From Malacoraja senta (Eukaryota): a DNA stretch of 64,000 nucleotides. The notes below the pieces were generated by a model, which saw only the letters and a list, made by a program, of their open reading frames with translations, did not search any database and was not told the origin of the DNA. The DNA is taken from assembly GCA_038087875.1 (NCBI GenBank), contig JAXLNO010000305.1:62001-126000 (forward strand), in the 5' to 3' direction. Position numbers and translations under genes: made by a program. Positions 37,301 through 48,749 of the stretch are shown in pieces (within the stretch, counting starts at the first letter, position 1; every line of letters starts with the position of its first letter).

Positions 37301-38750
37301 GGTTAAGTTTAAATTTCAGTAGTATTATCTTATTATGTTTATCTATAGTGGGATCTTTAGCATTATCTAACTCTAACTGTCTTATTTCTTGTTCTAACAG
37401 CATCTGTTCAGTTTTATTCTTCTTATTTTGAAAAATTTCATATGAAATTATAATTCCTCTAATAAATGCTTTAAAAGTTTCCCATATTAAAGAAGGTGAG
37501 GTACCTGGTGTATCATTTATCTCAAAAAATGATATCATTTGTTGTTTCAAATATTGATAACCCTGTAGGTCATTTAATATATATGTGTTAAACCTCCAAA
37601 AAAAATGTTTCCCCGGCATTCCTTCAAATTTTACTAAAAAAGTCAATGGAGAGTGATCAGAAATACTACTAATATGGTAAGTTGGGTTAATTATATATGG
37701 CATTAATTTCCTATCCACTAAAAAATAATCAATTCTTGAGTATGTTTTATGTACCGAAGAGTAAAACGAGTATTCCCTTCCTGCTGGGTTAGCAGATCTC
37801 CATACATCTGTTATGTTAGTATTTTTTATATATGTATTTAGAAATTCACTAGTCTTAGATTTTGTATTACTCCTTCTTTGTTTTGCTGATTTGTCTAAGT
37901 AAGGATCTAAAACACAATTAAAATCCCCTCCTATTATGACATTTTGATAATTAAACTCCAGTATTATATCTATAATTTTCTCAAAAAATTGAGGGTTATC
38001 AAAATTCGGAGCGTAAATATTTACCATAGTTATTGGGGTAGCATAAATTTCTCCCGAAACTATAATATACCTTCCCTCTTTATCTGATATAGTATACTTT
38101 AATTTGAACGGTATACCTTTTCGAATAAGAATAGCCGTACCTCTAGATTTAGAAGTAAATGACGAATAATATGTTTGGCCTATCCACTTCGCCTTTAATC
38201 TCATTTGTGTTTCCTGTTTCATGTGAGTTTCTTGCAAGTAGATTATGTCGCTTTTCAAAGATTTTAGGTGAGCAAAAATTTTACCCCTCTTTATTGGTTC
38301 ATTGGCACCCCTTATATTCCAACTACAGAATGTGATTCCTCCATTCTTTATTTGCCTATCGTCCTGCATTGTATATCAAAGTGATGTTCTTGAAACATAT
38401 GGTGCAAACAAATACCTCCGTGTTCTGGACGTTGGGTGGTCATTCCAAATTTTTAAGTTTACATTACATCTCCATCTCCAAAAGTGCCTTAGATAAAGCA
38501 AGAAAAGTTGTGATTTACAATTAATTAAGTGATTTTAAAAAAAAAGTGAAATTAAGGTATCTAAAAGCAGGTACCTTAAAGACAAGTAGCCACCTAAGGT
38601 GGCGAAAGGATTATCGACTTCCGTTGATGTTATTTTACAGTGAGCCCCAATCCCTTATTAACACCTCGTAAAAAATAATTTAAAAAAAAAACCTACAAAC
38701 CATCTCGTTTATTCTTGTATAACTTTATCAAACTAGCGTTAGTAAAATGA
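34351..38750 (-). mobile_element. L1-clade LINE, 5'-truncated within the inter-ORF spacer, with intact ORF2
   Basis: 21-bp perfect TSD tcctgatccacatgtctgctc (34330-34350 and 38751-38771). Poly(A) tail seen as T-run from 34351. Full ORF2. Confidence 0.96.
34560..38369 (-). CDS. L1 ORF2p, 1269 aa (APE endonuclease, reverse transcriptase, C-terminal Cys/His motif)
   Basis: SWNIRG, LQETH, GGDFN, SRIDY, SDHSP endonuclease motifs. LDAEKAFD, RQGCALSP, YADD RT motifs. CDKC...H...C motif. Confidence 0.97.
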   Translation of the reverse strand: MQDDRQIKNGGITFCSWNIRGANEPIKRGKIFAHLKSLKSDIIYLQETHMKQETQMRLKAKWIGQTYYSSFTSKSRGTAILIRKGIPFKLKYTISDKEGRYIIVSGEIYATPITMVNIYAPNFDNPQFFEKIIDIILEFNYQNVIIGGDFNCVLDPYLDKSAKQRRSNTKSKTSEFLNTYIKNTNITDVWRSANPAGREYSFYSSVHKTYSRIDYFLVDRKLMPYIINPTYHISSISDHSPLTFLVKFEGMPGKHFFWRFNTYILNDLQGYQYLKQQMISFFEINDTPGTSPSLIWETFKAFIRGIIISYEIFQNKKNKTEQMLLEQEIRQLELDNAKDPTIDKHNKIILLKFKLNRILSARVIRLFQITKQEHFEFGDKPHKLLARQLKKQEKENTINKIKSENGELLILPKDINKRFVQFYQNLYTSKTKTEDSKITNFLDKCNLPKLDLLEQEELGAQITIEEIGETIKLLKNGKTPGPDGFSNEFYKKFHEITTPYLFNLYTHVFKENKLPETLAESTITLIPKKDKDLEEPGSYRAISLLNTDQKILAKTLARRLSKYISKLINPDQTGFIPKRYSFNNLRRLFNIMYSHKKEEKDLAIISLDAEKAFDQVEWQYLYIVLQKFNMGENFIAWVKLLYDKPMARILTNSMLSQKFQLSRGNRQGCALSPLLFALMIEPLAESIRSHLNIQGYNTRDSNNKISLYADDILLYITNSQTSIPNLLNLIEEFGSFSGYRINWNKSEIMTLKPQESTHLLKFPFKIATEKFKYLGIQITRKHKALFNANFIPLINKLNIMIKFWKTLPLSLIGRINAIKMSFLPQLLYLFQSIPVYVPKYFFSKLNANITNFVWDYKSHRIKKEHLCKPKDVGGLSLPNFLYYYWAIHIKNIIYWLDSSTQQTEWIKMEKDDCYPCNIGTILFSPKKMNNTIYKKNPIIQDTIRIWKQIKLALKLRNLSLLTPIANNPLFKPSMMDKIYNQWESLGIKRIGDMYEMGDLLSFQQLQLKFKLKNTHYFKYFQICNFLKTYIQGYQKRTPDLLEEVMNIKADTQKLIAYLYNSILNIDLPVTEVIREEWERELLIKITKATWEKYLTYIHKCSINARHNLIQFKILHRLYYSKTRLNKFYPNISPICDKCLIQEATITHSFVSCIKLHGFWSDIFEIFTKLFKTKMEPNNELIIFGVMEDGNKLSSSQKSIFNYGLIIAKKLILKFWKNTPIPTLKMWIASMLDTAHLEEMRFLLIDKFDQFITSWSPFVVFLETYGAKQV

Positions 38751-39376
38751 TCCTGATCCACATGTCTGCTCTTTATAGACCGTCTGGTCAACATCTATTT
38801 CCTCTCTTCCTGTACACTTGAGCTGCAGGATAGTAACTTCCTGAAGGATGCTGACCAAGAAATACTCAGCTTCAGAGATGGACCAATTCAGTTAATTCCC
38901 AGTGACGTTAAAGAATGGCTGAGGGATTTGGATAAAGCATAGTCTGCAAGACAAAACAACTCTCCAGTGTTTTACAGCAGACTTGCGCACCAGAACTGAC
39001 TGTACTTCTAGCCTAGCAGTTCCAGCAGTTTCAATACTGACTTCTACCTGACAATTTAGAAAAAATTGCCCAAGCATATATCTACAAAAAGGACAAATCC
39101 AATCCAATTATTTACCATCCAGTGAGTCTGCTCTTATTATTAGCAAAGTGCAGAAAGTGAAGTCGACAGTGCTACCAAGTGGAAAAGTCACCATTACTCT
39201 GCTCACCAATCCCAGCCGCAGACTCTGGTGAGTTTCTCTCACAACATTGTCCGAAGCCTAACTATTCACAGCCACATCATCAATGACCTTTACAAGTGAC
39301 GTGATTGAACAACTCCAGTAGGACAGTACACCACTAACCTTGACGTTCAATGGCATTCCCATCATCTAATACCCAC

Positions 39377-40234
39377 TGTGGCATCGGGGATGACGCTCGG
39401 TTCGGAAATGACCACACCGACACTACGATGAACTCACGTGATATATTTTATTTACAGTGATAAGAAAGTCCAGGACGCATTGAGGGCGCTGCGCTTCCCT
39501 TGCCGTCAGAGCACATGTGTGATGACCCTGGCGATCTCAGGATTGTCCCAGCAGCTTGTGCTGGTCATCAAAGGAGGAGGCGTGGTGATCTTAGGCTTCT
39601 TCATGCAGTTCACCCTTGCCTCGAGAGGAGGAGCTGGCGACCTCAGGTTTCTTCCTGGCGGCTCAGCTTTCGGCTTGAAGAGGCAGCGCTGGTCGTCTCT
39701 GGATTATCCTGACGGCAAGTCTTTGCCTCTGTGTGTGTGTGTGTGGGCACAGTCCCTCATTGTCTGTGGTCAGAAAGAGGTTCTGGCATCTCAGGCTTGC
39801 CCCAGCCACTCAGTGTTAGCCTTAGTAGAAGCGCTGTGTGTTTAGGGTTTCTCCCTGGCAACCCAGTCCTGATCACAAAGTGGCACTGGTGGTCTCGGAT
39901 TTGTCTTAGTGGCTCAGTCTTCCTCGAACATGCGACAGAGAACCACAGCTAGCAGGGAGGTGTCCCATTTTGTCTCTCTTCCTTCTTTTGTCTCTCTTCC
40001 TTCTTTTGTCTCTCTTCCTTCTTTTGTCTCTATTCCTTCTTCCGTCTCTCTTCCTTCTTCCGTCCCTCTTCCTTCTTCCGTCCCTCTTCCGTCTGTTAAT
40101 GGCTGGATTGTCTGGGTTTTATAGGTTCAAGTAGCCAACAAATATCAGCTAATTGGCCCCAGCTGTAACTAATAATGGTCAGTCAGCCAGTGATAGGGAT
40201 TAGAGTGACATCCAAGGGAGAGGGCGCTGTCACA
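39377..40234 (-). mobile_element. Solo LTR (858 bp)
   Basis: TG...CA ends with short imperfect inverted termini; CCAC 4-bp TSD. On the minus strand, TATAAAA near 40120 and AATAAA near 39450. Confidence 0.8.
39968..40092. repeat. 18-bp minisatellite (tttgtctctcttccttct), about 7 units, inside the solo LTR
   Basis: Directly visible tandem units. Confidence 0.9.
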
Positions 40235-40629
40235 CCACCAAGAACATTCTGAGGGTCACCATTGATCAGGATTCAAGAAAACCAGTTATAAATACTGTGG
40301 CTGCAAGAGCAAGTCAGAAGATGTGTATCATTATTATACTTAGTCTTATCAGTTACTAACAATCAAATTACAATATTTCAGCACCATAAATGTCACTACT
40401 AAAATTAAAATTAATTTTATTAAGTTCAAGTTCACATTTATTGCCACATGCACCAATTAATACATTTGCGCTACCATACAGCCATACGAATAAAAAGAAC
40501 ACAATACACAATTGAATTTAAGATAAACATCCAGCGGAATCACTGTGATGGAAAACAATAAAGTTCAGTCATCTTCCTCTTTGTTCACCTGCGATCGGGG
40601 CCTAGAACCCTCCGCATTCTTCACCATTA

Positions 40630-40875
40630 GGGTTGCACAGTGGCACGCACAGCTGGTAGAGCTGCTGCCACACAGTGGCATTGACCAAGTTCGATCCTGA
40701 CCTCGGGTGCTGTCTGTGTGGGAAACTGCGTTAATTTCCTCCCACTCCCAAAGACATGGGATTTGTAGGTAAATTGCCCTCTGTAAAACTTGCCCCTAGT
40801 GTGTAAGGAGTAGATGAGAAAATGAGATAGAGAAAAAGAGCCTGTTTCTTTGCTGTATTTCTAAACTAAACTAAG
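40630..40875 (+). mobile_element. tRNA-derived SINE (V-SINE/HE1-like)
   Basis: A-box-like tggc..cagctggtagagc, B-box gttcgatcc, V-core-like ctcgggtgctgtctgtgtgg, (ctaaa)n tail. Confidence 0.75.
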
Positions 40876-41351
40876 TTCAGTTGCCTACATAGTATATTAA
40901 TCTACAACATAACTTCAACTATCTATTAACGAAGTTCATTCTTTTTTTTTTTTTTTAATTTTTATTTATTAGAAGTACATTACATTACAACCACATACAT
41001 TAATACTCGTCATTTATATCTTCTTACAATTAATGTACTCCCTTTATTTATTTTTTTACACTAGAAAAAGAAAAGATTGAAAGAGAGAAGAAAGTGAAGG
41101 AAAAAGTGCAAGTGTAGAAAAGTGTAGAAAATGTAACAACAAAAAAGGACGAAGACCCTATAAGAGCGAAATTGAAAACAAAAAGAAAAAGAGTTAAGAA
41201 ATAGGCCCTAAGAAAAGAAAAGAGAAAGAGAAAAAAAAGAGAAACAAATGTTTTTTTTTGAGCATCACGTAAATAGGACATACCAACTCTTCAACTATCA
41301 TCCCCCCTTACCCGACCTCAATTTTTTATTTTTTTAAAGTACTTTTGCACC

Positions 41352-44300
41352 CTATGTTTGTAATAATTCTATAAATGCAGACCACGTCAGGTGGAAGTGA
41401 TCTGGTTTACCTGCTAGGAGGAGTCTTATCTCTTCAAGGTGTAATGTTTCAAACATATTTGAAATCCACATATTTATAGTTGGTATTGGAGCCTTCTTCC
41501 AAAATTTTAGAATTAGCTTTTTTCCAGTTATTAACCCATAGTCCATTAATTTCTTTTGAAACACATTTAGTTCTGGATCATCTTCCGTTATTCCGAAGAT
41601 AATCCATTCTGCTTTGGGTATCAGTCTTGTTTTAAATAACTTTGTAAAGATTTCAAAAATTTCATTCCAAAATTTTTGAATTTTTGTACAGAAGACAAAT
41701 GAGTGCGCTATAGTTGCTTCTTGGGATTGACATTTATCACAAATAGATGATACGTTTGGGAAAATTTTATGAATTTTAGTTTTCGAATAATATAATCTAT
41801 GTAAAATTTTAAATTGTATTAAAGTGTGTCTTACATTAATCGAGCATTTATGCACTTTTAATAAGTATTCATTCCAACTTTCCTTTGAAATTTTAATAGC
41901 TAACTCTTGTTCCCAGTCTCTTCTGATACCCTCCGTAGATGGTATTTGTGCATTTAAGATAATATTGTACAAATATGATATTAAGTTTGCTGATTCCGCT
42001 TTTATCTGCATTGCCTCGTCCAGTACATCTGCTGGGTTATTATGATGATCTTTTGTATATTTTTTCAAATAGTCGCATATTTGAAAGTATTTAAAATATT
42101 GATTATTTCCGAGTTTATATTTTATTTGTAATTGTTGAAATGAAAGTAATTTTCCAGTTTCATACAAGTCACCAAGCGTTTTAATTCCTAGTCTATCCCA
42201 TTGTGTATAAGCTTTATCTATAATAGAAGGACTAAACGAAGGGTTATTGACTATAGGTAATAAAAGTGATAAGTTTCTTAATTTTAAATTTTGTTTTATT
42301 TGTTTCCAAATACGGATTGTACTATGAATAATTGGGTTCGTATTATAGTTTATGTTATTCAATTTCATTGGAGAGAGGAGGATCGCTCCAATGTTTCTAG
42401 AGGAGCAATCCTCTTTCTCCATTACAATCCAGTCTACTTGCTGGGCGGAGTTATCCATCAGTTGAATCATGTTTTTAATATTTACTGACCAATAATAATA
42501 CATAAAATTAGGTAGTGCTAGACCCCCCAATACTTTAGATTTATTCAGATGGTTTTTTTGTATTCTATGTGATTTATAGTCCCATATAAAATTAGTGATA
42601 TCTGAGTCGAGTTTTTTTAAAAACTTCTTAGGTAAGTATATAGGAATTGATTGAAATAGGTATAAAATTTGTGGTAAAAAGATCATTTTTATTGCGTTTA
42701 TTCGGCCTATTAAAGACATCGGGAGCGTTTTCCAGAATTTAATTAATGTATTCAGTTTATTAAGTAAGGGGTCAAAATTTGCCGTGAACATACCTTGATA
42801 TGTTCTGGTAATTTCGATTCCCAAATATTTAAATTTTTCTGTAGCTATTTTAAAAGGGAATTTTAAAAGATGTGTTGAATCTTTCGGTTTTATTGACATA
42901 ATTTCACTTTTATTCCAATTTATTCTATATCCAGAAAAAGATCCGAAGTCTTCAATTAAATTTAATATATTTGGTATAGTGATTTGAGGTTTTGTAATAT
43001 ACAATAATATATCATCCGCGTATAAAGATATTTTATTATATGAGTCTTTAGTATTATATCCATGAATATCAGGGTGTATTCTAATTTTTTCTGCTAGCGG
43101 TTCAATAATGAGAGCAAACAGCTGTGGTGATAATGAGCATCCTTGTCTATTTCCCCTTGATAGTTGAAATTTCGAGGATAATATGTTATTAGTAAGTATT
43201 CTAGCTGTAGGTTTGTTATATAGTAACTTAATCCATAAAATAAAATTCTCTCCCAGTTGAAATTTTTGTAATACTTTATCCATATAATTCCATTCTACTT
43301 GATCAAATGCTTTTTCAGCATCCAGCGAAATAATTGATAATTCTTGATCTTCAGATTTGTGTGAGTGCATTATGTTGAGTAGACGTCTCATATTATTAGA
43401 AGAGTATCTCTTAGGGATAAACCCTGTCTGATCTGGGTTTATTAATTTACTAATGTATTTACTTAATCTTCTAGCTAATGTTTTCGCTAATATTTTTTGA
43501 TCTGTGTTTAACAATGCTATAGCTCTATATGAGCCAGGTTCTTCTAAATCTTTATTTTTCTTAGGTATTAATATAATCGTTGATTCCGCTAATGTATCAG
43601 GTAGTATTCGTTTTTTTAAAGCGTATTGGTACATTTTTTGTAATCTTGGTATTATTTTATCATAAAAGCTATTATAAAATTCATTAGTAAATCCATCAGG
43701 GCCTGGTGTTTTTCCATTTTTTAGTGAGTTTATTGTATCTTCTAATTCCTTAATTGAGATTTGTGCACCCAGTTCCTCTTGTTCCTTCAGCTCTAACTTT
43801 GGAAGATTGCAGGTATCCAAGAACTTTGTGATATTATTGGAATCAATTATCGTTTTAGATGTATACAAATTCTCGTAAAATTGCGCAAATCTTTTATTAA
43901 TATCCTTCGGTGTTGTTAATAATTCCCCTTTATCTGATTTGATCTTTGGTATAGTATGTTCCTTTTCTCGTTTTTTTAGCTGGCGAGCCAAAAGTTTATG
44001 CGGTTTATCCCCAAATTCAAAGTGCTCTTGTTTTGTAATTTGAAAAAGTCTTATAAGTTTGGCAGATAATAATTTATTTAATTTAAATTTTAAAATTATT
44101 ATTTTATTATGTTAATCTATTGATGGATCTTTAGCATTATCTATATCCATTTGTCTAATAAGTTCTTCTAACTGTCTTTGTTCATTCTTATTCTTTTTAT
44201 TTTGAAAAGCTTGATATGAAATTATAATACCCCTAATGTATGCTTTAAAAGATTCCCAAAGTAAAGTAGGCGATATATCTGAAGTATCATTTGTTTGAAA

Positions 44301-45143
44301 AAAGACCTCCATTTGTTCTTTTAAATATATACTCGCTTGTGGATCTTTTAAAATTTGAGAGTTAAATCTCCAGAATGAATTATTCTTAGACAATCCTTCC
44401 AGTTTTAAAAAGAAAGTTAGTGGAGAATGGTCTGAAATTGAATTTGTATGGTATATTGCATTAGATGTTTGGGGGATTAATTTTGTATCCAGCAGAAAGT
44501 AGTCTATACGTGAGTATGTCTTATGTACCATTGAGTAAAACGAATATTCCCTGCCAGTTGGATTCACAATTCTCCAAACATCTGCTATATTAGTGTTATT
44601 TACGTAGGTATTGAGGAGTTCCCCAGTTTTCGATTTCATATTCCCTCTCTGTTTTTGACTTGATTTATCTAAGTACGGATCTAAAACACAGTTAAAGTCT
44701 CCGCCTATTATAACATTTTGATAGTTTGACTCTGCAATTATATTGAAGATTTTATTGAAAAAGTGGGGGTTATCAAAGTTAGGGGCATATATATTTACCA
44801 AAGTAAGTGGAGTGTCATGGATTTCTCCATTAACTATTAGGTATCTCCCTTCTATATCTGTTATAATATTCTTTGCTTTAAATGGTATACCTTTTCTTAT
44901 GATAATTGACGTGCCTCTAGATTTTGAAGTGAATGAAGAGTGGTATGTTTGACCTATCCATTTCGCCCTCAGCCTAACTTGGTCCTGAGGTTTTAGGTGT
45001 GTTTCTTGTAGGAAGGTAATGTCAGAATTATACATTTTTAGCTGAGCTAATATCTTACCCCTTTTGATAGGTTCGTTAATACCTCTTATATTCCAACTAC
45101 AAAATGAGATTCCTCCTAGGTTCTTTTGTGTGGTGTCATGCAT
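41352..45143 (-). pseudogene. L1 ORF2 interrupted by one in-frame TAA at 44112-44114
   Basis: Track ORFs 44112-45143 and 41352-43991 share a frame. DPSID*HNKIIILKFKLN aligns to DPTIDKHNKIILLKFKLN of the other L1. Confidence 0.93.
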
Positions 45144-45954
45144 TTTGAATAATTATAGTACCTTTGAATCTTGTGGTGCGTCCATGTCCCAGGTCTTTAG
45201 GTATTGGGGGAGTTTTTGAATTATTAACTTTTGTTGGTTTGTCCATATTACTCTTATCACTAAACACAAAACACAAACAAGTGATTTTATGTGATAAAAA
45301 AAAAACTAAAAAAGTGAGGCTACAGTGTCTATAGTCGGCACTGTAGCGAGTGACCCACCTGTAGGTGGGAAAAAACCTTATTTTGACTTCCATTGCGTTG
45401 TTACTCAACTAGCTCCGCTCTCTTAGTTAATCATAACATATTAAAATATTAAAACGAGGCCTCACATTCAGATGTATAATACAATTTTACCCTGATATTT
45501 CCTTATAACATATATATATATCAGAGTTTAATTATTAAACCAATATTTTTGATTTCAATAAGAATCAACTGTTGGTTGAAGGGGTTAACGAGACGTGCTC
45601 CTGGACATAAGCCAGGAGCTCGTTTCTCATCCCTTCCTCCCGCTTATAGACAAGGTTACAATTTATTAAAAATTCATATTAGTATGTTAGTTCATTATTT
45701 TTATTTTTTATTTTTTTTGTTAGTATTCTAATCTAACCTGCATAACTTTTAAAGTTGTTAATAGGGTAAGTTCTTACAATTGGTTATAACATTTTAATCA
45801 ATAAGCAATTATTTTCTAATTCATATTCCAGCTGTAAAGCTGTTTACACGTTTTGAACAGAAAATGTCCTTGATTCAACATTCCAGAGATAACAGTGTAA
45901 CTATCCCCAGACAAAACATAGCTGAGAATTATTCGGATCTGCCAAAGCTCCCTT

Positions 45955-47025
45955 TTATTTCTGTTTTTCAACAATCGTTTGGGCATATTTGAAAGCGTCT
46001 TCAGGCTTAACAAATGATTTTTCAAGACCATTAAAGGAAATACGCATTTTCGCGGGATAAAAAACCCCAAATCTGACCCCTTCTCTCCCTCTTAAAAGAT
46101 CTTTAACCTTATCAAATTTGTTTCTTTTTTGCACAATTTCATGTGGGTAGTCCCTGAATATCTTAATAGTGTCCTTGTCCAGCCGCAATTGTACACCATA
46201 TTTGATTTTACTCATAACGTATTCCAGTTCTGCAGTATCTCGAAATTTCACTATAATATGTCGTGGATAAGCTTTTCCCGCATCAGATCTTTTTCCGAAT
46301 CTTGGGACACGATGAGCCACTTCGATTTTCGGTTCCTTGGAAAGATTCAACAGTTGTTTCAGCAAGCCCATGGCAAATTCACGTACCTGTTCCCCTTCTG
46401 CCCCCTCTGAAACACCAAGAATTCTCAGATTCTGGCGTCTAGAGCGAGCTTCCAGGTCCAGGCATTTGAATGAGACTTTCTCTAGTTGAGTCCCCATTTG
46501 TAGTGATGCTTGTTCGTTTTCTCGCCTCATTTGCTCATGTTCTTGCCTCAATTTCGCCATGTCTTCAACCAGTCGAGCCGTATTTTTCTCCAATTCCGTA
46601 ATTGTGTGCATACTTGCAGCTACTGTTTCAAGTACAGCCGTGAACTTATCCGTAGTAATTACATCCATCTTATCCATTTTCTCTGATAGTCCATCTTTCA
46701 CCTCATCAATTCGTTTATTCATAATGTCCAGTAAATCCGTCATATTCTTCTGGTTACCAGCATTTAAATCCTTCATCATCTTCTCCATTCCTTCCATCAA
46801 TTTTGCCGAGTTTTCCTTCATTTCCTTCTTATCTTCCACCCTATTATCCGAGATCTCATCTTTCAAATTTTTCATTGATTTCTTCAAGTCATCAAAGTCT
46901 TTCTTAGATCTTGTATCCATTTCTGCAGCCACTTCAGAGACTTCAGAGGTAACTTCTGCCTCAAACTTTTTCGACAGCTTATTCACAGCTCTCTGAGGGC
47001 TCACAGCTGGACTCAATTTACTCAT
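45955..47025 (-). CDS. L1 ORF1p, 356 aa (coiled coil, RRM, CTD; Transposase_22-like)
   Basis: Heptad-rich N-terminus. LEARSRRQNLRILGVSE, IEVAHRV, IFRDY, YPAKMRI motifs typical of L1 ORF1p. Confidence 0.93.
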   Translation of the reverse strand: MSKLSPAVSPQRAVNKLSKKFEAEVTSEVSEVAAEMDTRSKKDFDDLKKSMKNLKDEISDNRVEDKKEMKENSAKLMEGMEKMMKDLNAGNQKNMTDLLDIMNKRIDEVKDGLSEKMDKMDVITTDKFTAVLETVAASMHTITELEKNTARLVEDMAKLRQEHEQMRRENEQASLQMGTQLEKVSFKCLDLEARSRRQNLRILGVSEGAEGEQVREFAMGLLKQLLNLSKEPKIEVAHRVPRFGKRSDAGKAYPRHIIVKFRDTAELEYVMSKIKYGVQLRLDKDTIKIFRDYPHEIVQKRNKFDKVKDLLRGREGVRFGVFYPAKMRISFNGLEKSFVKPEDAFKYAQTIVEKQK

Positions 47026-47379
47026 TTAAAGGGCTTCAAACCACCGTTTAAAACATCGCGTTTAACGATGACGTCATCAGCGCGGTAACCAGAAGCTCCG
47101 GTAAGGTTTTTAAAAACAATCCCGATTTTCGGACCCGTTTTACACGATAAATCGTGAAGTTTTTCGAGAGAGGAGCTGGGTGCACGTCTGTTAGTCTAAC
47201 ATGACGCCACCCGAAGTCCACGAAGATCATTCTGTCCAATCATTGAACCTCCACTGTTTCATTCCTCTCCCATGCTCCCTCCCATTTTCTTTACATTTTT
47301 CACAATTAAAAATTGGTATTACCATTGGCTTCCAACTGAATCTGTCATGCAATGTTAGTCTTATTGAAGTAAAACTGGC

Positions 47380-47990
47380 TTACTGAGCATTGTGGTGGAT
47401 GGACAATATTCAGGCTGGATGTCTGTGACCAGCTTTCATTGGTCAAGACATTGAGTATAAAAGTCAGGAAGTCATGGTGCAGCTTTAAAGGACTTTGGTT
47501 AGGCTGCATTTGGAGTATTGTGCAGTTCTGGTTGCCCCATAAAAGGAAGTACTGGAAGTTTTGTAAAGGGTGCAGAGCAGAATGATGCCTCGATTACGAG
47601 GTACTAGCTTATAGGGAGTGTTGGACAGACTTGGATTTTCTCTGGAATGGTGGACGGAGCAGGGAGACCTGTTAGAAGTATATGGGCAGTTAGAATCATT
47701 TCCCAGGATGGAAAAATCAAATCATAGAGGGCATAGGTTTAAGGTGAGAGGGGCATAGTTGAAAGATGTGCGAGGCACTTGTTTTCCCCTTTTGTGCGTG
47801 GTGGGTGCCAGGAGTGACGGTGGAGGCAGATACGATAGTGACATTTATGAGACCTTTGGATAGGCATATGGATATACAGGGAATGAAGGAGCATGGATTA
47901 TGTGCAGGCAGATAAGAGTTGATCTTTTCATGTTCAACATAGACATTGTGAGCTGAAGGACTGTTCCTGTGCCATACTGTTCTATGTTGA
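47380..47990 (+). mobile_element. Degenerate CR1 3' fragment
   Basis: ttggagtattgtgcagttctgg, agagggcataggtttaaggtgagagg and CR1 tail motifs. Confidence 0.75.
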
Positions 47991-48749
47991 ATCTCTTAAC
48001 TCTTTTTCCACCACCCTTACAGGCCTCTAGTGCCAGACCATTTGTGCCATAAACTGGACCTGATATTGGAGTATGCAGGTAGCCAAATGAAGGGAGTGGA
48101 TGGACTGTCAGTAAAAAAAACACATTTTGGAGATAGTGACCATTACTCCATATACTTAAAGAAAGGAATGGAATCAAGGCTTTAAATTGAGGTAAGGTAA
48201 ATTTTATTAACACAAGGGCAAAGGCAAAGGTAGATTGGGAGCATCTACTTGCATGCGTGTCTATATCTGCACAGTGTGAAGCAAACAAAGAAGAAATAGT
48301 AAGAGTTCAAGGTCAAAATGTTTCTGTAAGGGTAAAAGGGAGGGGTAGACACAAATGCTGGAGAGAAGGAATGGGTGACGTTTCGGGTCGAGACCCTTCA
48401 GAAAAGAGAGGGGTAACAAGTACAGAGAACCATGGATATCAAGAGCTGAATAACGAGAGAAAGGGAAACAAATAACTGAAAAACACTAATGACTGTGGCG
48501 CAGCGGTAGAATTGCTGCCTTACAACGCCAGAGTCTCAGGTTCAACGGAAAGGCAGCAGGGAAAAGCCTGATAACACAGACTTATTAGCCTAACATCAAT
48601 GGTAAGGAAAAATGTGGAAAAGATTCTGAGAGGTTAAATTTTCACTTGGAAAGGCAGGAACTAATCAGAGAGTCAACAGAGAAATAAAATTAAAATCTCA
48701 GGCACTTCTGTGACCTGTTTTCCTCCTATGTATTTTTAGATAAGAGTAA

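Larger units (their letters stand above)
40943..47219 (-). mobile_element. Full-length L1-clade LINE of about 6.3 kb, a different subfamily from the first
   Basis: TSD acgaag(t/a)tcattct with 1 mismatch (40929-40942 and 47220-47233). Short 5' UTR, ORF1, ~810-bp spacer, ORF2, 3' UTR, AATAAA and poly(A). Confidence 0.96.

Noticed and set aside
40640..40700. tRNA gene
   Set aside because: A/B boxes are present but there is no cloverleaf; it continues into a SINE core and tail.
43992..44114. Programmed readthrough or frameshift in L1 ORF2
   Set aside because: Both parts are in the same frame and the sister L1 has Lys here. A single AAA>TAA substitution or sequencing error is simplest.
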